64,000 nucleotides of DNA, from NCBI GenBank assembly GCA_021613535.1, contig CP075497.1, positions 7,812,001 through 7,876,000 of the forward strand, written 5' to 3'. Under the pieces are notes generated by a model. That model was not told the DNA's origin. It searched no databases and was given only the letters and a program-made list of their open reading frames with translations. A program made the position numbers and the translations under genes. Origin of the DNA: Adineta vaga (Eukaryota > Animalia > Rotifera). Shown piece by piece: positions 27,478 to 42,591 of the stretch (its first letter is position 1; each line of letters opens with the position of its first letter).

Positions 27478-30384
27478 ATGGACACAGTCGTATCATCAAC
27501 ACATCATTCGAGTTTATTCAGTAAAAATATCTATTTAAGAATAATATCCAATAATCAAACTGAAGAAAAGTATTTCAAAGAAAAGAAACTAAATTTAAAT
27601 CTCATTTTTCTAATCAATCTATTTAGATGTCGAAATATTCATGTCACTGTAGAATTTCAAACAGGAAGTTCATTGCAAACAGTTTGTATTCGTTTTTTCT
27701 TCTTCTGCAAAGAATCTGATTTATTTTTATAGGAACTAGTGATCAAATTAACAGATGATGATGATCCATTTTTTCTCTATGAAGTTCATATTAATGCAGA
27801 AGATTTTAAAAAGTAAAAACAAAAGAAAAGAAAAACAATCGATTTTTTTCTTTATTTATGTTAATTTTAGTTTAAAACAAGAAGAAAAGATTGTTGTTGA
27901 TTTCAATGCATTTCCTGAACATGTTATTGGTTATTTGAAATTATGTATTCGTGATCAACATATTGATGTTACTCCTGGAAAGTAAGAGAAACTTATTGAT
28001 AGAAAAATATAAATCATAGCAATCTATTGACTCTAGTGGTTCTCGTTATCAATTGCAACTTGTTAGTGGTGAACCACAATTAGCAACGGGTCAAGTTTAT
28101 GTACGTGTGGTGGAAATAAGTTCATTCAAACATTTAACACATTTGTCTTTGATGTTTACATCTGCAAATGATTATGAAATCAAAAATTACCTTGCACGAT
28201 GTTTACAAATAAAAAAAGTAAAAAAAATGAGACTTGTTTTCTTCTTTAATCGCATTTTGTTTTGTTTAGACGGATTATAATCAATTATATCATGAATATG
28301 AGAGAATGAAGAAAGAACTTGAATCCACTCAATTGGTAGATTGAAATCTTGATCTAATTGTTGTATTGATCATTGTTTGTTTCAGGAATTGAAAGAAAAG
28401 AATACTAATTTTGAAAAACTTAAACTTGAATGGGATTCAAATACTAGCAGTATCATTGGTAAACATATGCAAGAATTAGCGGAAGAAAAAGAAAAAGCAT
28501 TACAAGTATGTCATCAAGATATTCCTAATAATATGACTTTTGTTTTCTTTCTTTCAAGGAGCGAACAAGTATACAACAAAAAATTGAGAATGATCGTCGT
28601 GAACTTGAACAAGCACATACACGAAATGCGTGATATGCAAGAACGTTTAACTAAACTTGAAGAAACGACAAAAGTTTGTTTTCTTATATTCTTATTCGAC
28701 AATAAATACAAAACACTTTTTTTGTTCAATTCTTTAGGAATTAACAAGTTTGAAATATCGTAATGAAATAACGATTAGTGAATTGAATTCAAAATTAACA
28801 ACATTAACTGAAGAACATCAACAGGCGAAAGAAGATATTACTAAATATCGAAAGACAAATACAACACTTGAGAATGATATTCATCAATATGAAAAAACGG
28901 TCAATCATTTACGAACAAAAATTGCACTTGTAGAACAAGATATTAAAAGTAAACAAGAAGTTCTTCATCAAACAAATGATCGAATTGCCAGTGAACAAGA
29001 ATCCAAAGTAAACCCTAAGTTTCTTGTTGACTATATCCATCAGATTCAAAGATAGTAGGATAAAATATGAGTTATTTTCTTTTTCAACGGAATATCAAAT
29101 ATCAAAAATAGGGAAACTTGATGCGTTCGCATTTTGAGAAATAAGAGAAAATAATTTGATTTAGAAAAAATATGAAGAAACAGTTCAAATGAAAATGGAA
29201 AAAATGTTGGAATTAAAACGAGATTTAGACAAAGCCAATGAAATTATCATTCGATTTGGTACTGATTTGAAAAAATATCAAAGTGATTTACAAAAGAAAC
29301 AACAAGATTTAGCGAAATGTGAAGAAAAAGTAAAGAAAACAAACACAAGTTTCTTTGTTTTTCTATTTCTCATCTTCAATTGAACATTTAGATGAAAACA
29401 AAAGATCAAATTGCGACAAAACAAGAACGTATTTTACAAGAAAAAGAACGAGAATTATCAACAATTCAAAAAGAAAAAACTGATATGATAAATAAATTAG
29501 AAAAATCTGCTGATTCATATAAAAAATTAACTGAACAACATAATGAAGCAAAAGAAATTCTAAAAAAAAATGAAGCATTAATTAATTATTTAAATCATAA
29601 ACTAACTGAATATCAAAATACTTCATCACAACAACAACAACAACAAGCACGAATATTAAATGGAAATATGACTCTAGATACGTCTTCAACAACAACAACA
29701 AATCATTTTCGTCCATCATCATTTCTGGTATTTGATTTGCAAAGACTTGTTTTTTGAAATAATATAGAATATTTTAATTTTTTTCCAGTCGAATTCACAT
29801 AGTAATAGTGAACCAAATTCAATGAGACATATAGCACAGTTTCCTAGTTTACAAACACATTACGAACCAATGAATAAATCTCAAGTAAGACAATAATTTA
29901 TTCGATAAAATAAAGTCAATTTTCGTTGATCAACTAGGGAACAACATGGAATAGTTCAACAACAGGTCACCAACATGTGATGAGTAGTACACAAATGCCG
30001 AACTCATCGACATCAACTAATGTAAGACATCATTCAGCTAGTAATGGTGATCTCAAAGATACAATTGAATCGAAGTATGACTTTCAATGAAATATTTTTT
30101 ATGATTGTATTTATTAAAAATGTTTTAGTTCAATAAATCCACCGATTAGTTCTCGAATAGATCCAAAATATTTTCAATTCAATTCTACAATGGCAACCAA
30201 CAGTCTCCCACTTCGATCATCCATGTCAGCAGGAAATGTACAAATTTCTGCACGTAGTAATACAACGTCAGCCTCATCGGTTATGAATAAACCAGTGTCT
30301 GCTCAACAAAATCGATCTGCTCGTCAACATTCCGTCAATACAACTCCACTTGCTTCAGCATATTCTTCGGAAAAACAAATGTAA
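27478..30384 (+). CDS. SASS6: Spindle assembly abnormal protein 6 (centriolar cartwheel protein), multi-exon
   Basis: N-terminal head motifs ELVIKLTDDDDPFFLYEVHINAEDFK, LKQEEKIVVDFNAFP and VVEISSFKHLTHLSLMF. These are followed by a long coiled coil, ILKKNEALINYLNHKLTE and a disordered tail. Confidence 0.92.
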
Positions 30385-32308
30385 CTTTAGTATAGATTCT
30401 TTTTTTTCTGCTTCTCTTATTATGATCTTTGCTCCGTCCATGTATTTGTCTTTCTCAGGTTGAAAACCTTTGCTCTCTTTGTTCCGTCCATATATAGAGA
30501 TATCGAATGTTTGTGTATAAATTAATGTTTTCTTTCTGTATGTTTGATCAATAGGAGTTCGAATGAATGAATAACTAATGAAGTAAAATGATCTTGAATG
30601 AAACCTTTTTTTATTCAGAAATGTATGTGTGTTATTGCTTCAATTAGTTCTAATATTCTATTCTTTTTTCCCATTCCTATATCGATGACTAGATGATGCC
30701 TAGATTTTCCTCAATGTCCTTGTGTGTGTGTATGCGTGCATGTTTCTTTTTCCTCTCATTCTCTTTATTCCGTTGTCCATAAACAGTGTCAAACATACAT
30801 TTTTTGTTTATGGTTTCATATAAACGTCGTCTCGACTTTACAATGATCTCTCATCTTTCTATATCTTATGATTCGCATGAGTTACGTTCACATTGAGAGA
30901 AAGAGAGCGAGAGGGAAAAAAAACAAATATTTAATCCATTCTGTCGTTTTTTTGTCTTTCAATGTATGCAGCTGTGACTAGCAGTTGTTTTCGCTCGCAT
31001 ACATCGTCATAGACTCTTCTTTTTCTATTTTTCTTTTCTACGAGATATTTTTCTAGGTTGGCAAGTTATCGAGTAAGGGAGAAAAACACAATTTTGTGCT
31101 AACACGCAAATAGTACTCTTTGAAAAGAGAAACAGTATAGAATGGAAAGAGTAAGCGCCGAACCGAATGATAAAGAGATGATGAAGACGAAGAAGAAGGA
31201 AGAAAAGACTGTTAATTGGTATTCTCTTTGCTTTTTTTTCTTCTTATATATAAATATATATATATATGTGTGTGTCTGTGAGACATAAAAATGACGAAAA
31301 CACGGTAAAAAATCACATTTCTATCATAAGCGAGGCCATTCCGGAGAGAATACTATTGTGTAAATAGGATATTTATATAAGATCTTTTGTTTTAGATGTT
31401 CTATTTATAGTGGACATTAGAATAAATAACTACTTATTTATTTAATCAATTGTCAATCATCAAGTTATTTTTTATAAGTATGTTGAATATAATATATATT
31501 TTTATCTCTTTGAATTGATATTCATATCAGCTGTGAGTTGAACTTTAAAAATTTGAGGAAAAAATGTAATAAAAATGAGTGACGTATGTAAATCTCTCAG
31601 GGCCATCACCAGTGACATTAATTGAAAGGAAAAGACCAAGTGTAATAAAAAGACGAGAAGAAAATAGCTATAGAAAGAAATAAGGAAGAGAAAGATAAAA
31701 CGAAATTCCATTTGAATTTGTCATATATTTATCAAAACTATTGTTGCTTTACGATCGAGAAACGAAAGACTTTGCTTCTAAAAAGAAAAGAAGCCATTAG
31801 TATGTATAGATTTAATTTGAAACAAAGAATTCCTTTTGACAAAATAATCTATTATCGTTATCATTTCTCACATTGACAAATGCATCCTATGTGTTTACCG
31901 TCGAATATCTCGACATATCGAGAATGTATGATGCGATATGTCAATAATGATACAAGTTCTTTTCCTTTCGAAGATATTCTATACATTTGCGAAACCCTGG
32001 ATATTCTTCGATACAATGTTCTAGTCAAGGTGATTGTGATCTTTCGCATTATTATTGATGCCATTGATGCATATAGAAAATGTAATTGTTACTAAGAGAA
32101 AATGAAAAAAGTATTTATTATTAATAAGTTGTCATATACATTCAAAATAAGATCGATTAATAAAGACAAAAGTCTTTTGTAGCAATAGTTCTCGAAGTTA
32201 ATCGTGTTCTTTCTTCTATCAGTTACTTCTACGAAAAGATCTATTGACGTCATGTTGACGTCAGCGATGTCGTACAAATCCGACATGACAAGAGTATAGT
32301 TTCATTTC

Positions 32309-32330
32309 TGTTGTTGTTGTTGTTGTTGCT
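32309..32330. repeat. (TTG)n microsatellite
   Basis: Run of TTG units seen directly. A similar run lies at about 8916-8932. Confidence 0.85.
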
Positions 32331-32923
32331 GTTGTTATTGATGTTTATATATACGCAACATCGTCATTTGTACTGAATTTGACGCTTAAAAGACAACTAA
32401 TTTAACGTTGTAAAGAAATATATTATTCATCTCTTTTTTTCCCTTGAAATAAAACATTTGTCTACGTATTATTTCATGAATAAGATGTTAAACAGAGTAA
32501 AAGAGAAAGAGAAAAAAAAACTTGACCAGGTTTTAATTTAATAAACAGGCATAATTTCTTTGCTTTTCTTTTCTCATTTTTCCAACATCTCATCCCCACG
32601 TGTAACAACGACATCGAGGTATCGAAGCTATACTCGTTTTTTCTTTCTTTCTTTCCTTCTTTCTCTATTCAATTCTCTAATACACCTTGTTTCACGATGA
32701 GAGAAAAAGCATGACATTTTTCCTTTGCTTTTGATTTCAAGGACGTCACCAATCAACACATATACATACACATACACATACACACTGTAATCATCCTTCG
32801 ACGTATTTCAATTATCAATTGCGCTTACGAATTGTTTATTTCAATACCCTGGATGTTATCTTTCTCATCTTATTCATCGAATAGTTTCTAATAGTTCAAT
32901 ATTCCAGATTCTTCGTTTCTTCA

Positions 32924-34400
<1,477 letters not shown>

Positions 34401-35523
34401 TTATTCGACGGTGATCTATTTTTTATTGAATTATATTAACAAAACAAAAAACGGTGGTTTGTTTTTTCTTCTTCTTCTTCTTTTTTCATCTTTTCTTCTT
34501 TTTCCCCACGTCATAACTTCCACTCTTTCAATCAGCAAATCCAGAGAAAAACAAATACTAAATTATTTTATTTGTTCTTTTTAGTCAATGTGTCTTATCG
34601 TATTGTGAAATGTATATCATTTTATTTATAATTACTGTTGTTTTCATTTTAATGTTGTACATCTGCTTGTAAGCTCTTTTCAACTGTGGTTATATTTATA
34701 AATATGTATAAGTATGATTAAAATAAGAAGATTTTCTTTCAAATTAAACCAAATATACATTACTTTGATTTCGTCCGATAAGTGTGAAATAGCTTAAGAA
34801 ATTAAAGAAAAAACAAAATCATTTGATAGTAGGAAGAGAAAGAAAACAACACTTTATTTGCTGCGAAATACATGAAGAGACTCGTGATAATTAACGCTCT
34901 AGGCTTGCTTCCTACTCAAATGATTTATCGAAATAAAAATATCATTACATGGCAATGATCATCGATAAATTATCTATTATTTTTGATCGTATTTACATTT
35001 ATTATTTCTCTCTTGAGACTATGTTTTTCTTGTTTATCGATTGTAATTTCTCCAAATACATATAGATATCACGCAATTTACTGATAAAAAACCCTGACTT
35101 ATTTTAGATACTATCCAATGAAATCGAAAGCAAAGCTTCGTTGTTTGAATATCTACGTCATTTACTACGTATTTAATTTTTTTCAAGGTATATGAATGAT
35201 TGTATATCATTATTTATTTTGACTTAGATTAATTCAAGATTTCATGTTGAAATCAAACCGAAATAGAACTTTATCGCTCATATGTTTGCGTTCTCGAAGG
35301 TTTCAAAACAAATGATGTCATGTGGGATTCAAATGATTCGATCGAGAATCGAAAAATAAAAAAAAGAGCAATACTTATTGACATATATGCTTGATTATTT
35401 TGCGAAGAGAAAAGAAAAACAAGAATGTATTTTTTTACATCTGCTTTAGATTGGACTATGCCATGATGATGAAGAAGAATTAACGGAAGAGATTAAGTGA
35501 GAAGAATAACAGATGTATTAACA

Positions 35524-38500
35524 ATGACAACATTATCTGATTTGATTGTTGCATCGGAAAAATATCGATTTGAAACATTTGCAAAGTAATTAATTTCATG
35601 AAATAGCATATGATTATCAAATGATTTCTTTAGTCTTTTGAATTTTCCTGAAATAACACGACGTCAATTAGCTCTTGCTGGTTTTATTTATCAAGATTGT
35701 CAATGTTTATGTCGGACATGTGGAGTGACAATTAATTTAATTACTTTAGATGAAGATCTAACATATGCTTCGAATTATTTTCGAAAATTACATCGAGAAA
35801 AAATTTCACATCTTGGTAAACGTTGTGCTTTTCTTCTATGTGAATCAGGTACAAATATTGATGATCTTCGCCCTGAATTATCCGAAAAACTAGTATGGGA
35901 TGATGCTGAACAACCAGATTTTCTTGATTATAATGTTCGTGTACAAACATTTCAATCATGGCCATATAGTCAACAACATCAAGATAATACGTTTGTTACA
36001 TCAACTACAATGGCAAAACATGGATTTTACTATTCAGGTAAATCATTTCGAATTTCATCTTATCAAGTTTTATGAAATATTGATCTACGTAGGACCAAAT
36101 GATGGTGTAACTTGCTTTTATTGTGGTAATACATTGATTGATTGGTCAGATGCGATCCACTCATCGAATGAAAAGATTGTTCAACTTGAACATGCAAGAT
36201 TTTTTCCTTGTCGTTTTATAATATATACAGCTGGAGGGAAATTTGTAACAAATGCCGGTTATTTTCATGTCGTTTCCGATCGAGGTAAAGAAAATTATTT
36301 AGATGATTTGAATATTTCGTTGCAATTTTTTTTGAGAACGTCGTGCTCGTAATCCAATGATATCAAAATCAATGCTCGTAACAGATAAACCCCAATCCAT
36401 TGATCAATGTTTATTAACATTTGAAAAGTGGCCTGATTATGCTCCAATATCTGCGAAAGATCTTGCGGAAACTGGTTTTTATTATTTAGGATCTGAGTTA
36501 AAAGTCAAATGTTACATGTGTGATCTTGAAGTTGATGATTGGCATCATGGTATGACTGCATTTGGTACACATAGTCGACGTCAGAATACTTGTGAATTGA
36601 TTCAAGCAATTCTATCGACGAAAACTAATGATTGTCAATGTGTTAATGAAAAATGGCGTTTGAAAACGCTTGATGGATTAACATTCGGTTCGAATTGTGA
36701 TGAACGTTTATGTCGAGAATTAGCTGCATGTGGTTTTTATCGTTTTAAAAATACGAATAATATTCGTTGTGCATATTGTGGAGTTTTGATTCAACCAAAA
36801 TCAGATTCATCAATTATGTTTCAACATCGTTATTTAGCAAAACAATTACGAAAAACGACCGTTCTAGATTGTTTAATGGTTCGAGCACAATGTCCAACAA
36901 ATGTTGTCATTCCTGATCGAGAACGTTTTCCAGAATATCCAGATTATCAATCTGTATTCGATCGAATCAAATCATTTGATAGTTATAAAGAACGATATAA
37001 AGTTATGGACGATTATATACGACAAAGAGCGGATGCAGGATTCTTTCTTGATAGTAAAACATATCTTTTTTAAGATTCGAAGATTTTTCACCGTTAACTT
37101 TTTCTTATATAGCTTTGAAACGTATGCGATGTTTTCAATGTGGAAATACATTATCTGTTAATGACAAAAAATTATATGAAAAATATCCACAATATGATAT
37201 TACAAAATTACATGCACATTTTTATCCAACATGTGAATGGGTTAGAGAAATATTAGGTTGTAAATATATTGCACAAGTACTACTAGATCGAACGAAATCA
37301 CGTAATTTCTTTTTTGCTATGATGTGATGTTATATGTTTGCGTTTCTTTTCTGTTCATTAGATCAAATAGAACATCAAAGATCGTATGATACACAATTTT
37401 CATCAGCATCGACTCCGAATGTGTTACAATCATTCTCCTCTATTTCAACAATACCAAGTACAATTGAACGACGATCTTCGAATGAAGTGAACATGTCTGA
37501 TTTTTCAGAAGAATCGAATGACGAAGAAGATTACGAACCAGTTGCAACACCATTTCGAGCATATTTTATTGAAAATCTATCCCCCACGCAATCACCTGCA
37601 TTACCTATGACATCATTGCATGAATCGTCATCAGATCCGGCTGCACAAGCGTGTACTGATATGATTACATCTACTAATCATGGTCAATTGACATCACCAA
37701 TTGTATTAAACCAAACAAATCCATTTCAACAATTTCAATTACCAACAAATTCACCAGCTTTAGATATTACTTCTACTAGTCTTTCACCTGTTGATCCACA
37801 GGCTTTTTTTTCATATGAATCAAATCGTTTAGATTCATTTAAAAAATTAAATCGTGAAACTTTCGCTCAGATGAAAATTGGTGAACTTGCTTATGCTGGA
37901 TTTTATTTGAATGCCGAAGGTACAAAAGTTCAATGTCCATGGTGCATGCTTGAATTAACTGAACCAATGTTCGAAAGAATTCTAAATCGACGACCTATCA
38001 TTCCTCGTTCACCCTTAAATGATGAACCATGGACAGCCACGCGTGTACATAGACATGTAAATGGACAAAATACAAATAAAATGCATTCATGGTGTCCATA
38101 TGTAAGACGAGAAGTGATCGGACTCTATTCAAACAGTATTATGGTAACTAAATTTCGATAGCCTTTTGATTATTTTTTTACAAAACTTCATGTTTTTTTT
38201 CTAATATAGCAACAAAGTCATATGCAATATCCGGAATATCCGTCGTATTCCATAGTAGAAAAACGGATTAAATCGTTTGCTTCTGATTGGAATTATCCAA
38301 GTGGTAGTCGTTTATCGAATTCTATGATGGCAGCTGCTGGATTTATCTATTTGGGTGAAGGCAAAGTATGCTGTTATTATTGTGGTAATCGTTTATTCAA
38401 TTTTGAACCGCTGTAAAAAAACGTTTTATATTGAGAAAACTAACGTTCAAGTTCAATTTTTTTCTAATTTAGTGATTGTCCATTCGAAGAACATGCAATA

Positions 38501-39054
38501 TTTCATCCACTGTGTGAATATATCATACAAAAACGTGGTATATCTTATATTGAACGTATATTAAAAGAAGCACCACGAAGTATATTGTTTTTGAAGAATG
38601 ATAGTTACTGTAAAACAAATTGTTTTAGTTCCACATGCCCGACAGAAATATGAAATCAATGGTACACAAAAAATTAAGTGTATTTATTTCGATAAAACCG
38701 GTATGAAAGCTGTATAATTATCGTTATATATATTGATATTCACTAATTATTAACTTCTTTTCAGCTCTAACAGATAATAAAAATAAACGAATACCAGTCA
38801 AACAGATCAATTCACGATCGTTAACAACAACTAATCGAAGTATTTCCCATCCAACAACAAATAATTTCAATACGAATGAAAATAATTGTCATCTATGTTG
38901 GGACAATCTTGCTACGTATTCATATGATCCATGTCAACATTGTCCAATGTGTGGAGAATGTTTTGCAAAATTAACTGAAGAACAACATGAAAAATGTTTT
39001 TTTTGCCGGCGTCGAGCGACTATAAATTCACTTGCTCCACGAAATTTGTTCTAA
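35524..39054 (+). CDS. Inhibitor of apoptosis (IAP) protein with seven BIR domains and a C-terminal RING, about 1000 aa, 10 exons
   Basis: All exon junctions are in phase. Seven segments carry the R..(T/S)F...(A/C/T/H)GF...CxxC...H...C signature, with BIR3 lacking the Arg. The RING reads CHLCWDNLATYSYDPCQHCPMCGECF...CFFCR. TAA at 39052-39054. Confidence 0.9.
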
Positions 39055-39129
39055 ATAAATAATCGTGTTTTTATTCTACACCGAAAAATAAAGTCAAGAA
39101 CAAAGAGATAATGTTTTGTGTTTTTTCAG

Positions 39130-40628
39130 ATGGCTAGTTCACTTGGACGAACGATAAAAACAGTCACTGTAATTGGTGGTGGTCTGATGGGATCAGGCAT
39201 AGCTCAAGCAAGTTTAGATTCAAATTTGTTGTGTTTGAGATTAAAAATAAATTGATTGAATAGGTTGCTGCTGCAACAAATCATCAAGTTATACTTGTTG
39301 ATCAAAAACAAGAATTACTCGATAAAAGTTTGAATATAATTGAAACAAGTTTGAAACGTATCATTAAAAAGAAATTTGATAAAGATCAAGAAAATGGCGA
39401 GAAATATTTGATAGAAGTTCGAAATCGTATTCAAACAAGTTTAGATGTTAATGATGCTGTAAAATCAACAGATATTGTTATCGAAGCTATTGTAGAAAAT
39501 TTGAAAATTAAACAAAAATTATTTAAACAAATCGATCAAATTGCACCGAAGTTTGTTTCATTTTTACATAGTAAACTTGAAGATATTGTCAAATCTTTAG
39601 ACATACAATTTTAGCCAGTAATACATCATCATTACCAATAACTGAAATTGCTAAAGATGTTCAACGACAAGATAAATTTGGTGGTTTACATTTTTTTAAT
39701 CCAGTGTAAAGAAAATAGATTTAGCAGTATTAGTTATATTTAATTCGATCAGTATAAGAACGTAATTAGGATGACCGAGCAGATCAGTGTGCATGCATGT
39801 TAGTTATTTATGTAGAATGAATAAATAACGAATAGCATGGATGATTCTTAATCCAATTAGAATGAGCTTAGAGAACAATGGTTGTAGTTTAGAAATCTTT
39901 CTGAATCAGTGGTCTCGATCGATCGTGTTTTGCGTGCAGAGATAATCAGATTTTGTCAAAATCGCATCAGAAACCAATAGAACATAGAAGTGTTGGTTTG
40001 AATAGAATATCTCTCGATTTCATCTTGATTTACATATAATGTTTTAACCTGGAGTTATGATAATTAGAAATCTTCAGTTCAATATACTTATTTATCTACT
40101 AGACCAATTATGAAATTACTTGAAGTAATTCGTACAGCATCAACGAGTGATGAAACAATTCAAACATTATTAGCTTTTGGAAAGGAATTAGGAAAAACAA
40201 CTGTTTCTTGCAAAGTTTGTTTCTCTAAATTAATCAACATCATCATTTCTGTTTTGCAATCTAGGATACGCCTGGTTTTATCGTCAATCGATTATTGATA
40301 CCATATTGTTCCGAAGCATTCCGTATGATTGAACGTGGTGATGCCACGGCTGAAGGTAATGATATTCATTTGAGAATCAAGCAGAATGAAATCCAATGTA
40401 ATTGTAGATATTGATATTGCAATGAAACTAGGTGCTGGTTATCCAATGGGACCAATTGAATTAGCTGACTATACTGGTTTAGATACATCAAAATTTATTA
40501 CCGACGGTTGGCAAGAACGTTTTCCCGATGAACCATCATTTCGTACAAGTAATCTAATTAATAAACTGGTTTCCGAAGGCAAACTTGGTAAAAAAACTGG
40601 TGCCGGTTTTTATAAATATACCAAATGA
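39130..40628 (+). CDS. HADH: Short-chain 3-hydroxyacyl-CoA dehydrogenase
   Basis: Motifs [69 protein letters not shown] and [14 protein letters not shown]. The first intron is GC-AG (39208-39263). Confidence 0.96.
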
Positions 40629-40741
40629 ACGTTTACAAAATTCTACACATATTTATTTTTTATCATATAATCAACATTTTACAAAAATTTCACCGAAAAA
40701 AAAACACATTGCAATAAAAGAAACTAAACATTTCCATCTTA

Positions 40742-42591
40742 TCAGGAACAACATAATGCAATATAACTTGCACTATATAATACACTTTTGTTACATTTTG
40801 GACAAAATTGTGCTTTATAGGTCCATTTTTCTAATATATCTACAACACATCTGAAAAGAAAGATGTAGCTTTAGGAAACATTTTCTCATTTATTTCTTCT
40901 TTACCTTTCATGAAAAAGATGTGTACATGTTAATGCTTGAATATGATCTGGTTCCATTCCCATTGGTTGTTCACAAATTTTACATAGAAGATCAGCATCT
41001 TGATAAAGACGGTGTGCTAAATCAAATGCTTGTCGTGCATCATCTACTTGATTCTCGACGGTAAGTATACGTTCATTTAACAAATGACATCGTGCTTGCA
41101 TTAATTTATTTCCCATTGCAACTGAAGTTGATAAAGCTGTGGCAAGTATTTCAGATGCCTAGTAGAAAAAAACAAATATTCAGTTTTGTTTTGTTTTCTT
41201 TACTTAAATCAATAGATCTACGTGCTTATAGATCATTCGAAGTGTTTTCCTTAACTATCGTTCTCTACAACATGTCTCAACCATCTACTGATCATACAAA
41301 TCAACTATAATTCCATCCGGCTTTTCTCGATTATAACAGATAAAATAAATAGTATTCGAATACATACACGACACTCTCATTAAAGATCTTGATTAGAATA
41401 CAACACAACAAATAACAAGATGATTTTTTTATTAAACAAAGCATCGCATAAAGATGTTAATTTGAAAAACATTCTTCTCGTATTTCACATACAATGATGT
41501 TTAACATCATAGAATTATATACAACACAACTAATCACTTACCATTTGTGTGTGTGTACCGAGTGCTAATAAAGTTTTGACTAGACCAAGCATGGCTAACG
41601 TCGAACTGTATCTGTCATTCATGTCTTGTAACATTTGAATAGCAGCTTCATATTTTTTGCAAGCAATCTTTTCAGATAAAAAACAAATGCAACATCGAAT
41701 ATATTTATTTCTTATAAATTTTGATTTACTTCATAATTTTTTTGAGAACGTTGAATATCTCCAACACAAACAAGACATTTCGCTTGTACAGGTCGATCAC
41801 CAATACTTGATGCAGCACGCATTGCTTCCTGTAAATAAATCCATCTTCTGTCTTTTCTTCTGAAATCAAAACATTTCAATAGTTACTTCGACAGATTTTG
41901 TTGCACCTTCAAAATCACTCATTAATCGTAATGGTGTTGCTAATTTTAATTTAGTTAAACGTACAAATTTAGCACAATTATCAGTATTTTGTTCACCGGA
42001 ATAGGCATTCGTTGATACGGCTAATTCGTGTGCACGACGTTGATAAGCTAATGCTTTTGGAAAATCTTTCAAAGCAAGAAAAACTTTAGCTGTTGTACTC
42101 AATACTTGAACTTCCATTAGATGATCTTCTGTTTCATGTGAAATACTTAAAGCTTTATCAAGACATTCTAATACTTTAGGAAAATTACATAGACCAATAT
42201 AAGAATCTGCCATAACTAAAAATGCGTAACCTTGTATAGCATCGCCTGTCGGTGAATATTGTATAGCGGAACGTGAATAACTGACAGCTTTAAAATAATC
42301 TGCAAGCATTTCATTAGCACGCGATAAATTCAAATAAGCTTGCGAACGAAGTGTATTATCGTCAAGTTCATGTGCAATATCGATTTGTTGAACAGCATGT
42401 ACAAGATAATCTTTATTTCGTCCACGATCACGTGATGCTAAAGCTAAATATCCCAAAGTTGAAAATCGTAAGCGACTATCTTTCATTTTAGGTAAGGCTG
42501 TTGTCCATTTTTTAATTGCTGCATCATAATTTTTTTCCGCATATAATTCTAAACCTTCAGCAACTTGTCGACGAGTCATTCGTTGACCCAT
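40742..42591 (-). CDS. RAPSN: Rapsyn (43 kDa receptor-associated protein of the synapse), 5 coding exons
   Basis: MGQ N-myristoylation start and EGLELY, followed by TPR repeats (SQAYLNLSRANE) and a C-terminal RING-H2 (CKICEQPMG...LTCTHLFHERC...CPKC). Confidence 0.92.

Noticed and set aside
31500-32290. Short ORFs on both strands upstream of ERK, possibly a gene relic
   Set aside because: I could not build an in-phase spliced model or recognise a domain.
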